A DNA stretch of 64,000 nt, from positions 33,666,001-33,730,000 of the forward strand of contig NC_043008.1 of assembly GCF_006345805.1 (NCBI RefSeq), read 5' to 3'. The DNA comes from Octopus sinensis. Taxonomy: Eukaryota. Numbering within the stretch: the first letter of the stretch is position 1; every line of letters starts with the position of its first letter. A program made the translations under genes and the position numbers. Positions 61,115 through 64,000 of the stretch are shown piece after piece. The notes beneath the pieces are model-generated. The model made no database searches, was not told the DNA's origin, and worked only from the letters and a program-made list of their open reading frames with translations.

Positions 61115-62573
61115 AATAAGATTTGAAATCAGAATATAAAGGATCAAAATTATAAAAAAAAAAAATTTACCTTGACACCGTACTGATTCAGATCAGTCAC
61201 TGATTTGTGGAAATTATATTTTTAATTAACCAGTAAGTTGTGGTTCCTTATTTCCTCTACTTGTTTGTTTTTATCTTTTATCTTTCACTTGCTTTATTCA
61301 TTGAACTGTAGAACATGCTGGGACACAACCTTGAAGGGTTCAGGAGTTCTCAACCATTTCTCACCTACAGACCCCTTTCATTACTATTTTATTCTGGTGG
61401 ACCCCCATCTCATTACTCTTCAATGTTCAAAAACTAGTTTTATAGAAACTTCTTTTAAGATTCCTATTTTGTTTTTCACACTTTAACTTGAGTTGGTCGA
61501 ACTATATAAAATGTTAGAGAAAAAGCATCCAGCTGTTTCCTGCAATACATAACAATACATACATCGAAAGCAAAATTTTTTCAGGATCCCCAATCTATTG
61601 GGTTGTCCGGAAAGTTTGTGCTGATTTATAGTAGCTTATTTTCGACTTATTTTAGAACATGGATGAGTCCATAAAATAGGATTTGACTACACCTCCATTT
61701 AGAGCACAGTTTAAGCTATCTTTTCGAGGAAGAAGTTTTATGTTCCTATAACCTGTGTTAATTCTATGCACACTTTCTTATCTTCCATTTTAAAATAGAA
61801 GATAAGAAAGTTCATTTTCGGCACTTGATGCCTGTGTATTACTCCATATTCACCAGATATTGTTCTTTCGGATTTCCACTTATTGAGGTCTCTGCAGAAT
61901 AGTCTTGAGGGTAAAAATTTCAATTCCTTGGATGACATAAAAAGATACCTTGATGAATTCTTTGCCATTAAACCACCTCAGTTCTGGGAAGAGGGTATTT
62001 TCAAGTTAAAGGAAAGATGGAGATGCATTGTGCAACAAAATGGTTCATATTTAGTTGATTAAAAATGTAATGGCAAGTATTTATTGACCTTTTTCTTTCC
62101 TTTTAAAATCAGCAGGAACTTTCCAGACAACCCAATATTATTTTGTTGCTTGGACCCACAAAAATCTTATATAGGTCCTGAGGGTCCATCTGGTTCAGAT
62201 GAACATATTAATCCCAGTACTTATTTATAAGCTAGGTACTTATTCTATTCGGCTCTATCATCAGACCACTAATTTATGAGGATGTAAACAACAATGACGC
62301 CCACAACAGAATCTAAACATACCACCTGCTGTATTAATTATTATTTCTTCTCTGAGCATACTTGGAAATATCCAAAATTTATTGGAAAATAGTCATTTGT
62401 GCATTCTTATGTCAAATTCGCCTTTCATCCTTTCAGGGTTGATGAAAAAAAAAAGTATTAATCCAGGGAGATGGATGAACAGAACTGCAAAAACATTGGA
62501 TCAAGTATCTTGTGGTATTTGTTCCAACTCAATGTGTTTTTGAGTTCAAATCTTGTCATCGTTTTGTTTGGGT
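61115..62573. repeat. Segmental direct repeat, copy 2 (with mariner insertion and two ~20-bp deletions)
   Basis: Colinear with 1-961 apart from the 538-bp insertion. Confidence 0.95.
61598..62135 (+). mobile_element. 538-bp internally deleted mariner
   Basis: TIRs ttgggttgtccggaaagtttgtgctgattt / aaatcagcaggaactttccagacaacccaa. TA duplicated (61596-97, 62136-37). Encodes PYSPDIVLSDFHLLRSLQN..GIFKLKERWRCIVQQNGSYLVD*. The empty site is visible in copy 1. Confidence 0.96.
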
Positions 62574-62651
62574 GACAACCTTAATTTGTTATCCAATTTA
62601 AAACCCACTGTCTGTCATCTTAGGTGCTTTCACTGGAGTCCACTATGTTCT

Positions 62652-62862
62652 TTTATAATCTAGGCACAAGGCCCAAAATTTTGGGGGAGGGCCAGTCAAT
62701 TAGATCAACTCCAGTATGCTACTGGTACTTAATTTATCCACCCTGAAAGGATGAAAGGTAAAGCCAACCTCAGCAGAATTTGAACTCAGAATGTAAAGAT
62801 AGACAAAATACTGCTAAGCATTTTGCCCAGCATGCTAATGTTTCTGCCAGCTCACCACCTTA
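62652..62862 (-). mobile_element. SINE family B
   Basis: Reverse complement of the consensus. Confidence 0.85.
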
Positions 62863-64000
62863 GGAGTCCTTTGTATTGCACACATTCAGATCAGGTCTTT
62901 GATTTGAGGTTACTTTCCTTCCTCCTCCCCACTCATCTCAGAGTGTTCTGTATGTATGTGTATATATACACACACATTAGTATACATACATACATACATA
63001 CATGCATAAATACATACATACATACATACATACATACATACATACACACACATATTAGTATATACATACATACATACATACATACATACATACATACATA
63101 CATACATACATACACTCACACATATATAAATAGATTTTCACTACACATAAATGTAAATAGGATAACAGTATTGATGAGGATATTATGTTTAGTAACAAAT
63201 ACTAATTGTATTAAAAATGCATTGTAGTGTGTATATACAGATATATATTAGAAAGTTTATTGGCAGTAATAAGCTTGTAATTTTTTTTATTGCTATATAA
63301 ATGCACATTCCCTTAACATTTCATCCTTTAGCACTGCATTTTCCATTATTAATGTTCAAGCTTCATCCTTGTTGAATGTTTTTCCAGCTTTCTTCTCACA
63401 TGCATGCCATATATATATACTTACACATATATGCTATAGAATATATACAATGATATCACCCCAACATATTAACACATGCTGTCTTAAAGATAGCACGTCT
63501 GCACTAGTATATATGTATTATATTACATATATTATATTATATTATATTATATTATATTATATTATATTATATTATATTATATTATATTAATATCACTCAT
63601 CAGTTGTCAACCAAATATTTATATTGAGCATACATATACACATATACATGTCTGCCATTTCTATTTTGTTGTAATCTCCACTATTTCACATTTGCATGAG
63701 TTACATGTAACTTGTTGAAGCTGGATTTTCTGTGGTTTGACCACCTTCCTGTTCCCAACACTCACCTGCTTACAACAAAGGTAAAATTTCATCCAGACCT
63801 TTGAACAATGAACAGTTTAGTGTTCAGAACATGCCTTTGTAGATGTTTCCTTCTTTTCAGAAATACTAAGTACAAGTATACCATTATCCATCCGTATACC
63901 TTTCTCAGCCACAATGCCACAAATCTCTTTAGTTTGCTATCTCACAATCCAGATCATATTTCTGATCTTAATGACAAAAAACATTAGCAAATTTCTCCCA

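Noticed and set aside
9494-63590. Many long ORFs such as MYVCMYVC.., HTYIHT.., YIYIYI..
   Set aside because: They are translations of (TATG)n, (TG)n, (TA)n and (TAA)n microsatellites, not genes.

Overview
AT-rich, microsatellite-dense eukaryotic DNA. The SINE families and the RTE/Penelope/mariner mix look like an octopus genome (inference). Most of the window is transposon-derived: RTE/BovB and R4/Dong-like LINEs, Penelope-like elements, mariner, Tigger, Helitron, Gypsy and tRNA-SINEs. Among these I read a 7-exon + strand gene that the ORF track misses: coding 3729-3774, 7522-7587, 16834-17090, 27511-27604, 36854-36961, 42032-42098, 43985-44420. All junctions are GT-AG and all phases are compatible, giving a 357-aa type I membrane protein. 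It has a signal peptide, an unrecognised Cys-containing ectodomain, an S/T stalk, a Cys-rich TM helix and a tail with clustered YxN/YxxM motifs. The tail exon is tandemly duplicated, and a ~1-kb direct repeat 61.1 kb apart brackets the gene. At least five minimal type I hammerhead ribozyme cores sit in Penelope-like repeats, one inside a 592-bp-period direct-repeat element. There are also three long intronic palindromes. No rRNA, intact tRNA gene or CRISPR array was found.
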